DNA of 64,000 nt from the NCBI GenBank assembly GCA_030704615.1, contig CM060733.1, positions 23,312,001 to 23,376,000 of the forward strand, in the 5' to 3' direction. The DNA comes from Takakia lepidozioides (lineage: Eukaryota; Plantae; Bryophyta). Positions 1 through 12,795 of this stretch are shown piece after piece. A program made the translations under genes and the position numbers. The first letter of the stretch is position 1. Every line of letters begins with the position of its first letter. The notes beneath the pieces are model-generated. The model made no database searches and was not told where the DNA came from. It worked only from the letters and a program-made list of their open reading frames with translations.

Positions 1-240
1 TAATCTCCACCTTCACAAACATGAAGTGTCTCTGCAAGAGGTTGGAAGTGCGTAAGATAGATGGATCAAGGAAAGGACGTCGTAAAGCTGCTTATTACAG
101 ATCTTATAGTTCCACATGAAGGATCAGCCTATTAGTGATACTTGTAAGGTTGTTCTTCTCATTTCATGATCTTGAAAAGCTGAGCCTGTGCCATGACTAG
201 TTCTTGTGTGCTCAGACTCGATTCAAGGTACTACTAGCAG

Positions 241-3200
241 GTTTCAGGGGGAAAACCTACATTGCAGCTGAGGAAAGCCCAAATAGTTTATGGGACAAGA
301 ATCCAATTAGAAACAATGGAATATGGAAGGGCAAAATGGGTACTGCATAAACAGCAGCAGGCACGCGCCACGATAATGGTTATAGATATATTTCAGGATG
401 CTTGAGCTGAAAGACTAACGGTGGTTGACCAGAAGCCTCAAGCTAAAGTTTTGATATTCTTCAGTATACTGCATAGAAGATTGAAAGGAAGCGATGATTC
501 TGGTCTGAATCAACCACTATGATGCGGCTAGTTGCAACCTGCATTGCATTTGAGAGGACCTAACAGAAGTCAATCTGAGAAGTCCTTGGAACATTTGTTG
601 CACTAGTCAACTGCAAATTGCAGCACTCGTACACATAACCATGAGCATCAATATTTATTGCAGGATCTCGACATTGAACAACCCCAGCATAAAAATAAAA
701 TAGGTGGAGAAATAGCACAGCTGACAGACCAGGAAACCCAGAGATTGCGCCAGGAAGTCCGGCAACAAGAGTCTCTTATTCGAGGCTATCAGGTAGGTGG
801 ATACTATCTGGCTCTGAGCATATGGTCTGGATATTGTGGATTTCCTTCTAATAGCAGCCTTATTTTAACACATCACATACTACACTTACCTGGCAGTGTA
901 CATGGTCTAGACTGTTGGGGGGTAATGAAATGATTTCTGCAACACAGACTAAATTGAAAGGAATTTCCCAGCTCACTTAGACTAAGGATTCCTGAGAGCA
1001 TAACTGGTGGATGTATCTGGTTGATGGTCTGTGTGCTAGCGGTGGGGCTTCATTCCTAAGTCCTGATTGTGTTCTATATTATTTTCTTCAGAGTACAAAA
1101 CAAGATATTACAAGGAGATGTTGCACTGGTTCTAGGCATTGTTAAGTTTGTGGGCCATTCGTGCCATGAGTAGACCGAATAGGACAGACTTCGCATTGCA
1201 TGTGCTTGAACTATGCACCATGTGAACCATTCTAACAGATTCATGGAAAGTTTGACTATGTACACAGTTTTATGTGGTGGAACATTTCACTGCGGTGCCT
1301 TGTTGACGAACTTTGAATTGCCTTCTTGTACGGAATAGACTAGTTTACAGAGTAGTGGTAGACTGATAGCAACATGAAAGAGAGTCCATGTTAGACAAAA
1401 GGGTGACTTTCTCCCAAGAGTCAAGGCACATGATAACCATGGAAGTAGGTAGTTAAGAAAGATCTCAAATTGTATTAAAGGAAAGAGAGGCTAATGGAAC
1501 TACCATCTGTTGTGGATGGATGTGCAGCATGAGAATGAGAAAGCAGTTGGGAAACTAAAGGAAGTCCAGATGGAAGCCAAGGAGGGGGTGCGCATCATGG
1601 CTGAGGAAAATGCAGTGCTTGCGTCACAGCTAATGAATTTGCAACATACTGCTGGACGAAAAAATATGGGCTATGGACCTGGGTCACTTTTGATAAAGGA
1701 GGAACTGCTGGATGTGCTGGCTCATGAAGCCAAACTCAAGGATGAACTTGGCAAGGTCTGGTGATCCCTTCTAACCTTAAAGCTATCTTTGTCAACAAAC
1801 AATGAACTCCATGACACAGCTGGGATAACATGCCACGATATTTCACACTTAAGGCCAAGTGTTTTCTTCATTCCCCACTTGCGAACACCAACTGAGTAGC
1901 AAGAATAGAAGTGCTTATGTAATCAAATCGGTGGCTGGCAACGTTCAAATAGCCCTGGCCCTGGAAGAGTCTGGGCTCTGCCTACAGAAAAGAATTTCTA
2001 TGAAACACCCCAATGGGGCTGCAACAAAAGGTATGTCATGTATCTTGCAGTAAGGATGGACAGATATAAACTGCTGCTTCCACCCTGATTAAATCTCTTC
2101 TTGTGGGGATTAAATATGACTGTCATGTCGTAATAATTCACATTAGAGTTATCATATCCAACAACTTGGGATCTTGCAGTATTTGAAATGTCCAATCAAA
2201 ACTGAGACCTCAGATTGTTATTGCCCGGAAGATAACATCTACAGAGATACCTGTCAAGGTTGCATCAACCTTGATTTCTAAAGAGCATGCATGTTTGACC
2301 TTGACCCCTGTGACTCCAATTGCTTTTCTTGAATTGGGCACATTGGTGCAATTTCACAGATGAGGCAGCACGTGGAGTTTGAAAAGAGAGCTAGAGAAAG
2401 AGAGGCAAAGAAAGTGGCTTATCTGGAATCTGAGTTGACAGCCTTGAGAGTGACACTAGCAGAAGAGAGACAGCGTCATGCACACACAACTGTGTCAAGG
2501 GAGGGGAAAGTGCAGACAGTGTTGGAACAACACACGCTTTTGAGTGCACATCAGTCCACCATTGAAGAGCAGGTATGGCTAGATAGATGTTTTGTAGAAG
2601 GTTGTGTTGCACTTTGTTGATGTAAAATTGAGCTCATTGTCTAATGCAAAATTGCACTTGGCTTGCCTAAATGTAGCTTGACACCTAGTGTCTGGTGGGA
2701 TTGGGTTCCATGTGACCTTCAATGCAAAGATGAAAGGAGATTTATGACATTTTGTAAAAAGCTCTTTCAATATAAGAAAAATGAAGCACTAAAAGCATCC
2801 TTGGGTCTTGTTTTCCCTTGCCATTGCTTTGGGATTGATGTTTCTTTAGAGAAAATAGAAGAAGACATGAAAACTGAGGGAGGACACACCTCAGTAGCAA
2901 AGGATTCAAACACATCTTGCCTTGATTGGTGCAGGCAGCCCAGATTTTAGAGCTCACAAGCAGACTGGCAAATTGTGAGGGAGAGGGAGGAACTGGTAAA
3001 GAGAGTGAATGTCGTCCCCAGTTTCAAGAGCAGCAGAATGGTCCATATGAAAGAGCAGCAAGACGAATACAGGCACTGCAAAAACAGGTTGAAAACTGAC
3101 ATGTCTCAAAAAAGAGAGATCAAGCATCAATGCATGGAAGCTTTGTTATGGTCGAGCTATTTAGTCCATTATATCTCTATCCTCATATCTAACTATATAA

Positions 3201-6200
3201 AGGTCAGTTCAGATACACATGATGAAGTCACTTGATAACTTCAAAGATTACAAACGTCTCTTTGATTAGTCTATAGATCACTCTAGAGGACTTGGAGGAA
3301 TGAAGTGGTGGGAATTGATTGTTTGTATCAAGGTAAGTCCCACTACTAGAGTAAAGGCCCTCACAAAGGTAGTGTCTGGTCCCTCTTCTTCCTCCCAAAC
3401 TGGGCATGGGGTCTATCGCCACAAGCCTAGGGCAAACAACGTCTTATAAAGTACATCTCTTGCGTGGCAAAATACTAGAGCCCCAAAGGTGTCAATGTTT
3501 TTTACTTCTGCTTAAACACGCCATCTTGCCACAAAGCTGTGCACCTTGCACTTATAGGTAGAACCAGGAGTGGAATATTTTGACCCTGGATAATCCACTC
3601 TTTAATAAATGTAAATTCATATTTTGGTTGCCAGTGTTAAAATTGTTCTGACATTATCGATGATGTTCCTAGCATGCAAAATGTGCAGATAAAGAGGCTA
3701 GAGGCAGCTCTTAAGGTTGCTAAAAAGGAGCCAGGCGGTCTTCCTGCCCTTGCTCAGGTCATGAAAGGAGATGTTTGGATGCATTTTGCTCTTTTAACTC
3801 TTCAGGACATCTGCCATGAAAGATTTCCTCTCTATGGCTTTCCGTATCTACTTTGCATGGTCTTAAGAGGTTTTTGGTAGTGCTGTTGGCCAATAAAATA
3901 GGGACAACTCCAGCTAAGTATGTAACAGAAGACAGTTTGGTTGTTGGTTCTCAAACTTGGTATGAGACTGAATTGGGTCAAGGTATCCTGAAGTTCAAAA
4001 GAATGACGAACTATAAGTTCTTCACCCCCAAAAAGACTTTGCATGCCAAAAAGGTGAACTAATCGGCGCAGCAGGATTTCACATGCTGGCCAAAAGACTC
4101 CATGCTGGACTCATACAAAAATGCTTGTTGTGCACAGGTATCAAAGTCAGGATCAGAGGAGATTGACAAACTTCGGCGGCTTCAAGCAGAGCTGGTAACC
4201 TTGCAACGGCAGAAGGAGGACGAAACTAACAGGACCCTGCATCATATGAAGCAAGAACATGAAAAAATGAAGCATGAGTATACAGTACGCGTCCACAATC
4301 TAAAGCAACAACTGCAGGCCCAAGCCGAGGCTGGGCTCCCCTTGTGTGAAAGCGAGCAGGCTGCCTTAAACCGTGTCAAGGACCTGGAAAGACAGGTATA
4401 CCTCACATAAAAAGAGTCTCCAGATCTACATCTTTTGCGAAGGGAAGTGTAAGGCACTATCTTTCCACTGTCTATCGTAGCTTCAGCTGTTAGGAAGAGT
4501 TAACAACAGCCTGCAGCCTGCATGGTATCTACACTCCACAGAGCCAATTCATCGTGTTTCCAGGTGTGAATTATTGGTAAACCCTCCAGTAGACAGACTG
4601 TTTATGTAAGTGGTTTATTAACAAAGTGCACCTTGAGCAGGTGACAAACATGCGCATCCACTGTGTGAAGAAGGTGAAGGAACTCGGTGATAAACTAGAG
4701 GAGACAAGAAGCGAACATGCGAAAACCAAGCTAGTGGCAGAGGGGACAATGAGAAAGCACAGTGCTCAGCAGCCAGTGCAGGTATTTCGTCCTCTTACTT
4801 TCCCTTCTTTCTCTTTCACGCCCCTCATTCCCACCAAACAAAACGGTTATGACAAGCTTGACATTTACTGAATATGTCTGTGCCTTTGTGAAGATGATTA
4901 CAAAATGCAGAAGGCAAATGTAAGTTAACGATGTACATCAGAATATCACCTCGATTTTGGCTACTAATCTGACGAACTCCTGAACTTGTCCCGCGAAGTA
5001 GTTGCGAAGTCTTTCTTCTACTTTCCAAGCATTGCATTCCTGCAGCCAGAGAAGTGATGCTACCCAAGCTCGAGAGCATCATTGGCACTCAGAAAAGATA
5101 TGTACCAGCATGCGTAATGAAGTTCCTGTTAGTAGTGGGTCTACACATAAGCTAATTCACTACATTCTGCAGATCCTTGGAAGTCCATCATGCCAATATT
5201 GCTAAGCTGATTCTCCCTCGTGTAGCTGAACAAAAATCTTAGTGCTGCTAGGCTGGTAGTACTACAGCTTTGCTAGAGTCAGCTTTGTAAGTAAATGCTT
5301 CTTAGGGCAGTGAGGGCTGCGGCTCCCCTGCAGCAATCATGGCTGGAGTTATCACAGCGGTTCTCCCAGGTACCTCCAACTGATTTTTCTCTGGTTAGTG
5401 GGTGGGATCCAAAGCTGCCTCCACTCGTTCAGATATAAGAAGAGTCCAGCTTTGTACTTAGACACTGACTGGAAGCAAATAAAGTGGTTTAAAAATTAGT
5501 CAACTGTAGTAGGTGCTTTAGTAATGGTGATTTAGGGATTTTGTCCGCTTTTCCAGCAGTAAGCATTACAAACAGAAATATGCTTCCTTATGCTACTGCA
5601 AGATTTGAGTGTTTACACATGCGCCTTTCATGACATAAAAAATTGCATAATATTGGTCCTGAATTGCTGAAATAAAACTCTGCGCGTTTTCTCTATAATA
5701 CAGATCAAAGAGTTACAGGAGGCAAAGGAGCGCATAAACATCCTGGAAGACATAATAACCGAGAAAGATCTCACTATCAAAGCTCTCCATCACAAGATAC
5801 AAGACATGGAATCGGGGGGAAAAGGTATGGTTTTGTTCTCGCAAAATCGCCGGGTTGTGTGTGTGTGTAGATAACCATCACTAGGAACCTTCGTGCTCCC
5901 TCCATCTTGCAACACTGGAGGCTCTTTCCCCCTCATGTAAAGAGGGGAGAGACACACAGTGACCATGTGCCCTCATGGCTTTGCTTCAAATAAGAGGGTT
6001 TAATATTTGGGCACATTGTGTGCACTCAAATGGTGTGCAGTAAAACTGGGAGAACATAACAGGAGATACGAAGGGACGCATGCAGGGGCAATGGATGCAT
6101 GAGTAAGAGGGACAACGTGTTAAATGCAGGTGACTGTGTGAATGCTGCCACTGCCAGCAGCCTAACAAGTGCCATAATCACAGCCAAGCAGGTGGCTAAT

Positions 6201-8300
6201 GTTTCTAAGCCGAGAAACAAGCTTCAGACCACACTGTCTTCACCACATCTCGATCAACTTGAAGACAGGATTGAAGACTACGATACCTTGCCAATCACTG
6301 CACCAAACCTTGGACCCTTCAGCGACATTCCAGAACCAACCTCATCAGCTGATGAGAAAAGCAAGAGATTGAAGCGATTGAACTCATTGACCACTTCCAC
6401 ACAAGAAAGGAGGGCTGAGTCCCCCAATGGAGAAGAGGTATGTAACTCTTTGCACAAATGGAACAAGCGTTTTTTATCCATCACTTGCTTCGTGGCTAGA
6501 CATAGTTTCACACCTTTGATTGACATACAGTGCCTAATGGCCTATCGCACAGTCCACAAGTGGGGAATAGTTGAATTCCCTGTGAGGCACAAGTTAACTT
6601 CAATCAATTTAACCTATGAGCTCTGACTGTGGATCACACAGACTATTAAGTAACTGTGAAAATTGACTGGGGGGGGCGCATGGGTCAACTTAACATGCAG
6701 AAACACAAGGGCAATCTGTCCCCACATTCAATTAACAGGTATGGTAGGTGACAGTTGACCTGAGAAGTTAATACCTCGACACTGTAAGCTGCACACCTGG
6801 TAACTTGGTGCTTTCTGGTAGGGTAAAAAGGCCTACGACCACCCATCTTAGGGGCTTTCAGGGTCTAGAAAAATATAATATATTATACTATGGAATGGGT
6901 CCATCTTGGACCCCTTGACATAGGCTGTCTATGTTTCGATTCAAAAAATGACTTAGTGTATCTATGGTTATTAGGATCAGCACCTAAAACAAGAGGACTG
7001 AGCAGTATAGTGCCTATTACCATGTATAGACCTCATCAAAGCGAATGCTTCTATGCAATGGCCTATTCGAATGGTGAGGATCCTGCCAGGCTTAGAAAGC
7101 ACAAGGGTATTTGTACATGGTCATATTTGTGTAAATAACAAGTGTCATCCCCTTTTCAAAGATTCCAACACAACATGGGATTGCTCTGAACAAAGCCACA
7201 CAAGATTCAACAGCTTACAATGCTGCTGTACAAGAAGTAAGCAGTCATGGGGGGGTGGCGGGTGATAGGGCTCTTTACCCTAACCAACTGTGCAGGCTGT
7301 GCAAACAGTTAACTTTAACAGTTGTGCAAAGGGCCATAAGGACCCGCAGAACAAGAAGATAGAGAATGGTTTCTGAGGGAAGACATGAACATATCTGTAG
7401 AGCTGCGCGATGGGTCTCCTTTGCAGGGCCTAGGGTGATGAGGGCGGAATGCACTCACTTGGCAGTCGTTGCTGGTATTCCCACCCACTACTGGATTAAT
7501 AAGTAGCTAGCCAGTTTTGATCCTCAGTTGGACCAGGCAGAAACACCAGTGCATAGTCCCAATGCAAATCAAACACTGCAGATCATTCTCAAGGTACTGA
7601 AATGCAGTGCATTGAAGTATTAACATGGGTAGTAGCAACAATGAAGTCCTTCATGTAATAGATGAAACTTTGATATCTTTGTGAAAGGATAACCCTCCAT
7701 CAATTCATGGAATTGAGCACTCTGGCCAACCTAGGTGGTAGCCCTGCGCAAGCAGCTGGAGAAATCAGAGATGAGCAGAGAGATGCTGCAGGAGCAGTGC
7801 ATAGATGCAATGGAAAAGGCAGCACTGCTCTCTTTGCAACACCAGCAAGCCCTCCAGCACCTGCAGCAAGCCCACTCCAGGCACACTTCTGGTATCCACC
7901 ATCATCAGATAATATATCTTGAACTCCTCTTGGGTACTGTGAAACAAATAATTAGGGCATGCTCCCTGCAGGTGGTACCAAAATTATGTAGCTGCGCAGA
8001 GCAAAGTTTAGCTTTTGATGTTCCAGCTTCCGCCTGACTTTCACTGCTCAAGAATCTCACACAAATTGACCTGATCTCTAAGGATTGTCAAGGATTTGAG
8101 GCCTACATCCTTCCGTTATTGCCAAATTCATTTCATGTAATCTTAATCTTAATCTCGAAGTTGATATCAATTTGAAGACTTTGAACCATTTGTAGGAAGT
8201 ATGGACAGCAAAGGCGTTTCTGAGGGGCTTGGTTGGAGGACTAACAGGAATTCCTTGGAGATGGGGAACCGAACATTAGAGGCCAGGTGAGCTGCACTTC
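241..8300 (+). CDS. CEP162: Multi-exon coiled-coil protein, CEP162/QN1-like centriolar/ciliary protein (both ends uncertain)
   Basis: GT-AG exons at about 664-792, 1528-1755, 2360-2571, 3689-3757, 4138-4395, 4641-4781, 5704-5824, 6130-6437 and 7735-7930. Spliced peptides RLRQEVRQQESLIRGYQ|HENEKAVGKLKEVQ...MAEENAVL and IKRLEAALKVAKKEPGGLPALAQ resemble CEP162 motifs as recalled (QExLLxGYQxENE; LExxxK...PxxLPAL). Confidence 0.65.
3228..3460 (+). mobile_element. 5'-truncated LINE 3' end (family B) in an intron
   Basis: aaggtaagtcccactac...aaactgggcatggggtctatcgccacaagcctagggcaaacaacgtcttataaagtacatct is homologous to the reverse complement of the LINE 3' UTR at 57682-57815. Confidence 0.6.
6539..7334. 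mobile_element. Putative MITE (Harbinger/Tourist-like ends) in an intron
   Basis: Imperfect TIR: ggcctatcgcaca on the left, tgtgcaaagggcc on the right, with gttaac/cagtt subterminal motifs. No clean TSD. Confidence 0.3.
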
Positions 8301-8772
8301 AGAAAAACCTGGATCAAAACCCTTCAACTGGAAGTCAATAGGAGCAGATCATTCACAAGATTTTGCAGGCTACATGCTACTTGGGTTTTTCAAACCTTCA
8401 GCAGCAAAGCGCAACCAGTGGACATCTTTTTGGTGGTTGCTAATACTTTCATGCTAAAATTGTTGTGTTGATGAGGTTTATCAATGTAAAATGCAATAGT
8501 TCAAAGGAGATTGGGTGGGCTATGTGGCAGGCTAAAGGGCATGTCAGTGGAGTTGGAAGAGGCACAGGCCTATTGCCGGAAGCCTCAGGTACTAGCATCA
8601 CTGCCTAGTGTTGTTGTTGGGGGACAGTAAAAGATCCTGTTGCAAATTCTACTTATATTAGAAACTCCATAGAACCCAATCCCTGCTCAGCAATGAGAGC
8701 GGACCACAGTACATGACCAAAACATAAGGAGAATATCCTTACTTCCCTATACAAGCTAGTTTGGTGTACGTG

Positions 8773-9157
8773 AAATTGAAATGAACCAGAAAGAAATGGT
8801 ATGGTATGGTATGGTACTTTATAACGTCCTTGGAAAGCTCAAAGAGCTTATCGGATAAGAGAAAGAAAGAAAAGAAAGGGAGAGGGGCCCTCCACAAGCA
8901 GCCCAAAAGCAAGTATTGCTCAAGGGATTGTCTAAGAGTCAACGCCTCATGCAGGTAAGTGAGCTCTCAAGCACTCCTGATCTTGTAATGGAAGACCTCC
9001 ATGAAAGCACTGAAAAAAGTAACTTTATAACATCCGCAGGGGGCCACAAGGGCCCAGTGACATGGTAGAGCAAAGAAATGACAAGAGAAAGTGAGAGCTG
9101 TCAGTACAGCTGAACCTGTCTCCATTATAAAGTACCATTTCATTTCATTTCATTTCC
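8773..9157. repeat. Cluster of 5'-truncated non-LTR retroelement 3' ends (family A, (CATTT)n tail)
   Basis: gaaatg...tactttataacgtccttggaaagctcaaagagcttat...gattgtctaag...tgcaggtaag is shared with copies at 53221-53476, 57035-57560 and 59813-60160. An opposite-orientation tail lies at 9125-9157. Confidence 0.75.
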
Positions 9158-11514
9158 ATTAAAAATGAGCTAACATAATCTGGTGTGCTATATAAGTTAA
9201 GTTTCCACTAAGAGAACTTCACTGCTAAATTTATTTGCAGTCAAAACTTGAAACTAACCTTAGCTGCTGCTGGTGTTCACTGATCAAAACCTAATGAGGT
9301 AGGGGCAAGAGCACATTAGTGCCAGGTTAACAATGAGAATTGACAACAAAATTGGACAGGGAGAAAATCCTCATTGAAAAGCAGGGAGGTTCCTCTTTTT
9401 GACTACCTTTCCATTGCAATGAATCCAAGAATTGAATTACATCAATACAGTGAAAATCTGTCCACGAAAGTGATCTGGCATAATCCAGCGAGCTAGCTAG
9501 ATAACAATTTCAGCCACTACCAATTCACTGCTCATTTGGTTGAACTCAAAACGTGAAAAGATGCCATTGATGCTGGTGCACCACGTCAATAGGAAAAGAA
9601 GAGACTTGAGACAGGCTGTGATGTTTTTCCAATTGATGGACTCAGGGCTCATGTTTTTGTGATTGTTTTGGTCTTTTTCCATGTATGTTGTTAAATGGTT
9701 AATGATGAGGTTCGGACGAAATCTGTTCACTTATTGATCTACTTCTGAGTCAAACGAAAACCTGGGTTTCAGAGTGTGCAGTTGAAATATCTTTCATCCA
9801 AGAGCAATCACCTCCCCAATGACCGAAGGCCCTGTAATTGGAGAGAAGAGGTAGGCCCCAGGACAGCCTCTGGTATAACTAGATTACTACATGCTCATTC
9901 AGGGATCTTCTGGAAACCAAGGAAAGTAGCCAGAGATTGGAGGCTTGTAAAAAGTGGAGGATAATGCACTTATCTCCTCACATAGTCCCATGCACCCTTT
10001 CAAGAGAGCTTGCAGAAACTGCTCAGGGATGGACATGATAAACATATCCAGGAGATAGACTTTGGGCCACTGTCAACATCTGTAAAGGACATTGGACTAA
10101 ATGGATCCACTGGGAAGCCAAACCTGCATGATTCTCCATGAGAGAAAACATTTCATGCATCATAAAACATCATCAATAACTCCCAGCCCATGTAATCACA
10201 GGCACAGACCATTGGGTTTTGGTCCACAGTATCTCCAGTTAATTTCAACCCTCTTAAATACTGGATTGGGGGTGACTGTCTGATGCAGAGAAAACGGCCA
10301 CCAATCTTCAATGGGCGAGCTATGGAACACAACCCTTATAAACTTGGATTACCTGCCATCAAAGGTCATGCCTGGCTTGCACAGAAGGACACTCGGTATC
10401 TCAGTTCATGGGTTGGAGAAAGGGAGAGGGTGTACTAGTGCCAGTGAGGATGTGTAGTAGAAGCCACTGGTATGGAGAGTAATTGCATGGGCGAGAGATT
10501 TCATCAGCCATGCCTTACTTCCAAACACTTTGTACGTCACTCTCTCTGGGAGCTCATGGACACCAATGCTCATACAGACCTCAATTGGACCAAGACAGGA
10601 GCATTTCTCCTCTGCTCATGAGCAAGGAAGCCTGATACAACCATGACAACAGATTGAGACACTGCAGAATTCCTGCACTGGAAGGAGTTGAAAAAGCTTC
10701 CATTTGTGGTTCGGCCAGCTCCTGATCAGACTGTGACATGCAGATACGACCAGATGTATGATATGCTGGGTGGAAATTGCAAAGCTTGCTACAACATCAG
10801 GCTCTTACTTACTGAAAAGTAGCTTAGAGAGGGTCTTCGTACTCTTGGTGTGGTTCTTTTAACTGCACGCGGTGTTGCAGCATGCATATCCAAGCCCATG
10901 TCATTCATAACATGGGACTGTCCTTATTAGGAAATTGAGCTTGATGTGCTTTGATAACAGAGGTTATTGAACATTTTTTGAGCAATGCAGAAAAGACACT
11001 TCATTCCTTCCCTCAATATGTGGTAGCTTACACATGGTTGCCTTTGAAAGCAGCAGGTAAGTCAATGTGGGCCTCAGCCATTAGGCATCATTGGCATTGA
11101 GGTAGAGAAAAGCCATCAGCTATGGAGCAGTGTTTAGAGGTTCATTCTGCAAGGTGTACGCTTCGCCGGTCTCTGTTAAACGCGGTGATGGAGGGGAGGT
11201 CAAGAACAAGGATTCGGCTCATGTTGAGAACATGAAAGGGTTGCCAGTGATGTGTCTGCCTTGCATGTACTCTTGCATTTGTCAGTTGTCGTCGCAATCG
11301 TTTGAGTTTTCTCCCTTGGAGATGTGTCTGTTGGTTATGCCTATCCTGCAAACAATGGACTTTCTGCACGGTCGCATGCCCGTACCTCCCCTTATCGAGG
11401 GGCCGATGGAGCTTGGAAGGAACATTTTTTAAGGAGATCACCCGCATAGGACAGGCACAAACACCCAACCACTGGGGTGCCTGCGCCCGGGCAAAAGGTG
11501 AGTCCAGAAAAACA

Positions 11515-12795
11515 GACAACAAGATGCGTCGCAAAGCTTTCTTGGAAATTGTCTCCCCTCTCTCGCAAGCACATTTTATTCAGCATAGGAACTAGTGTGT
11601 GATAGGTAGGGTTGGGGTGTTTGCTAGAACAAATCTAGGCTGTTATTGTCAGCTGCCAGCAGCAAGGCGAGGATCTACACATGATTTCTGCAGAGGCAGG
11701 GATAGCTGAAGGAGCAGGGATGGAATGTGGGTCCAGATTCATCCAAGAGGGCCAGATCTCCAGCACAAGAATACCTATGATTCCCTGTGGATTGATAGAA
11801 GCTTAACTGGAAGCGGCGGCGGCGGCGGCGGCACAATTGATAAAATCAGGCAATTCTGTGAGTTAGCTTGGTGGGTGCATCTATGGTGGTTTGGAGTGCT
11901 TTTGACATGTTACTGCCGATGTGGCAGCAGGAAAGTATCCAAAAACAGATGACACAGACGAGGAGAAGCTTTGCAATTAATGAAGACCCCAGTCAATGGT
12001 CGGACAATCGAGGCAAAAAGGTGAATGCCTGTTGGATTACAAAGAACACGATGTATCGCAAAGCTTTCTTGGAAATTGCCATCCCCTCTCTCCCAAGGAC
12101 ATTTTTGAAGTCTTGGGAGCAATTAGCGCAGGAACTAGTGTGTGATAAATAGGGTTATGGTGTTTGCTATAACACATCTAGGATGTCATTGTCAACTGCT
12201 ACCAACAAGGCAAAGATCTAGTGATCAAGTTAGCTCATTGGGTGGATCTATGGTGGTTTGGAGTGATTCTGACATGTTACTACCAATGTGGCAACAGGAG
12301 AGTATCCAAAAACAGATAACAGAGACGTGGAGAAACTTTGGAATGAATATTTTTCCAACCTCACTTAATGGTGGGACAATTGAGGAAAAAAGGCGAATGC
12401 CTGTTAGATTGCAGAGAGAAGCAGACAACAAGATGCAACGCAAAGCTTCGTTGGAAAATTTCATCCTCTCTCTCCCTAGCACATTTTTAAAGTCTTGGGA
12501 GCAACTCCACATAGGAACTAGTTTGTAATGAGTAGGCTTGGGGTGTTTACTAGAACAAATCTAGGCTGTCGTTGTCAGCTGCCAGCAGCAAGGCGAGGAT
12601 CTATACATGATTTGTGCAGAGGCAGGGATAGCCGAAGGAGCAGGGATAGAGTGTGGGTCCAGATTCATCCAAGAGGCCCGGATTTCAAGCACAAAGTTAC
12701 ATATGAATCCCTGTGGATCGACAGCTACAAGAAACCTGCATGGATGGATGGTCAACTGGAAGCAGCAGCGGTGTCGGCACAGTTGATAAAATCAG
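11515..12795 (+). repeat. Degenerate tandem triplication upstream of and overlapping the PPR 5' end
   Basis: Motif (ag)atg...cgcaaagctt..ttggaaa.t...ctctctc...acatttt...ggaactagt recurs at about 11521, 12050 and 12431. Segment 11588-11850 is homologous to 12514-12797. Confidence 0.85.
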
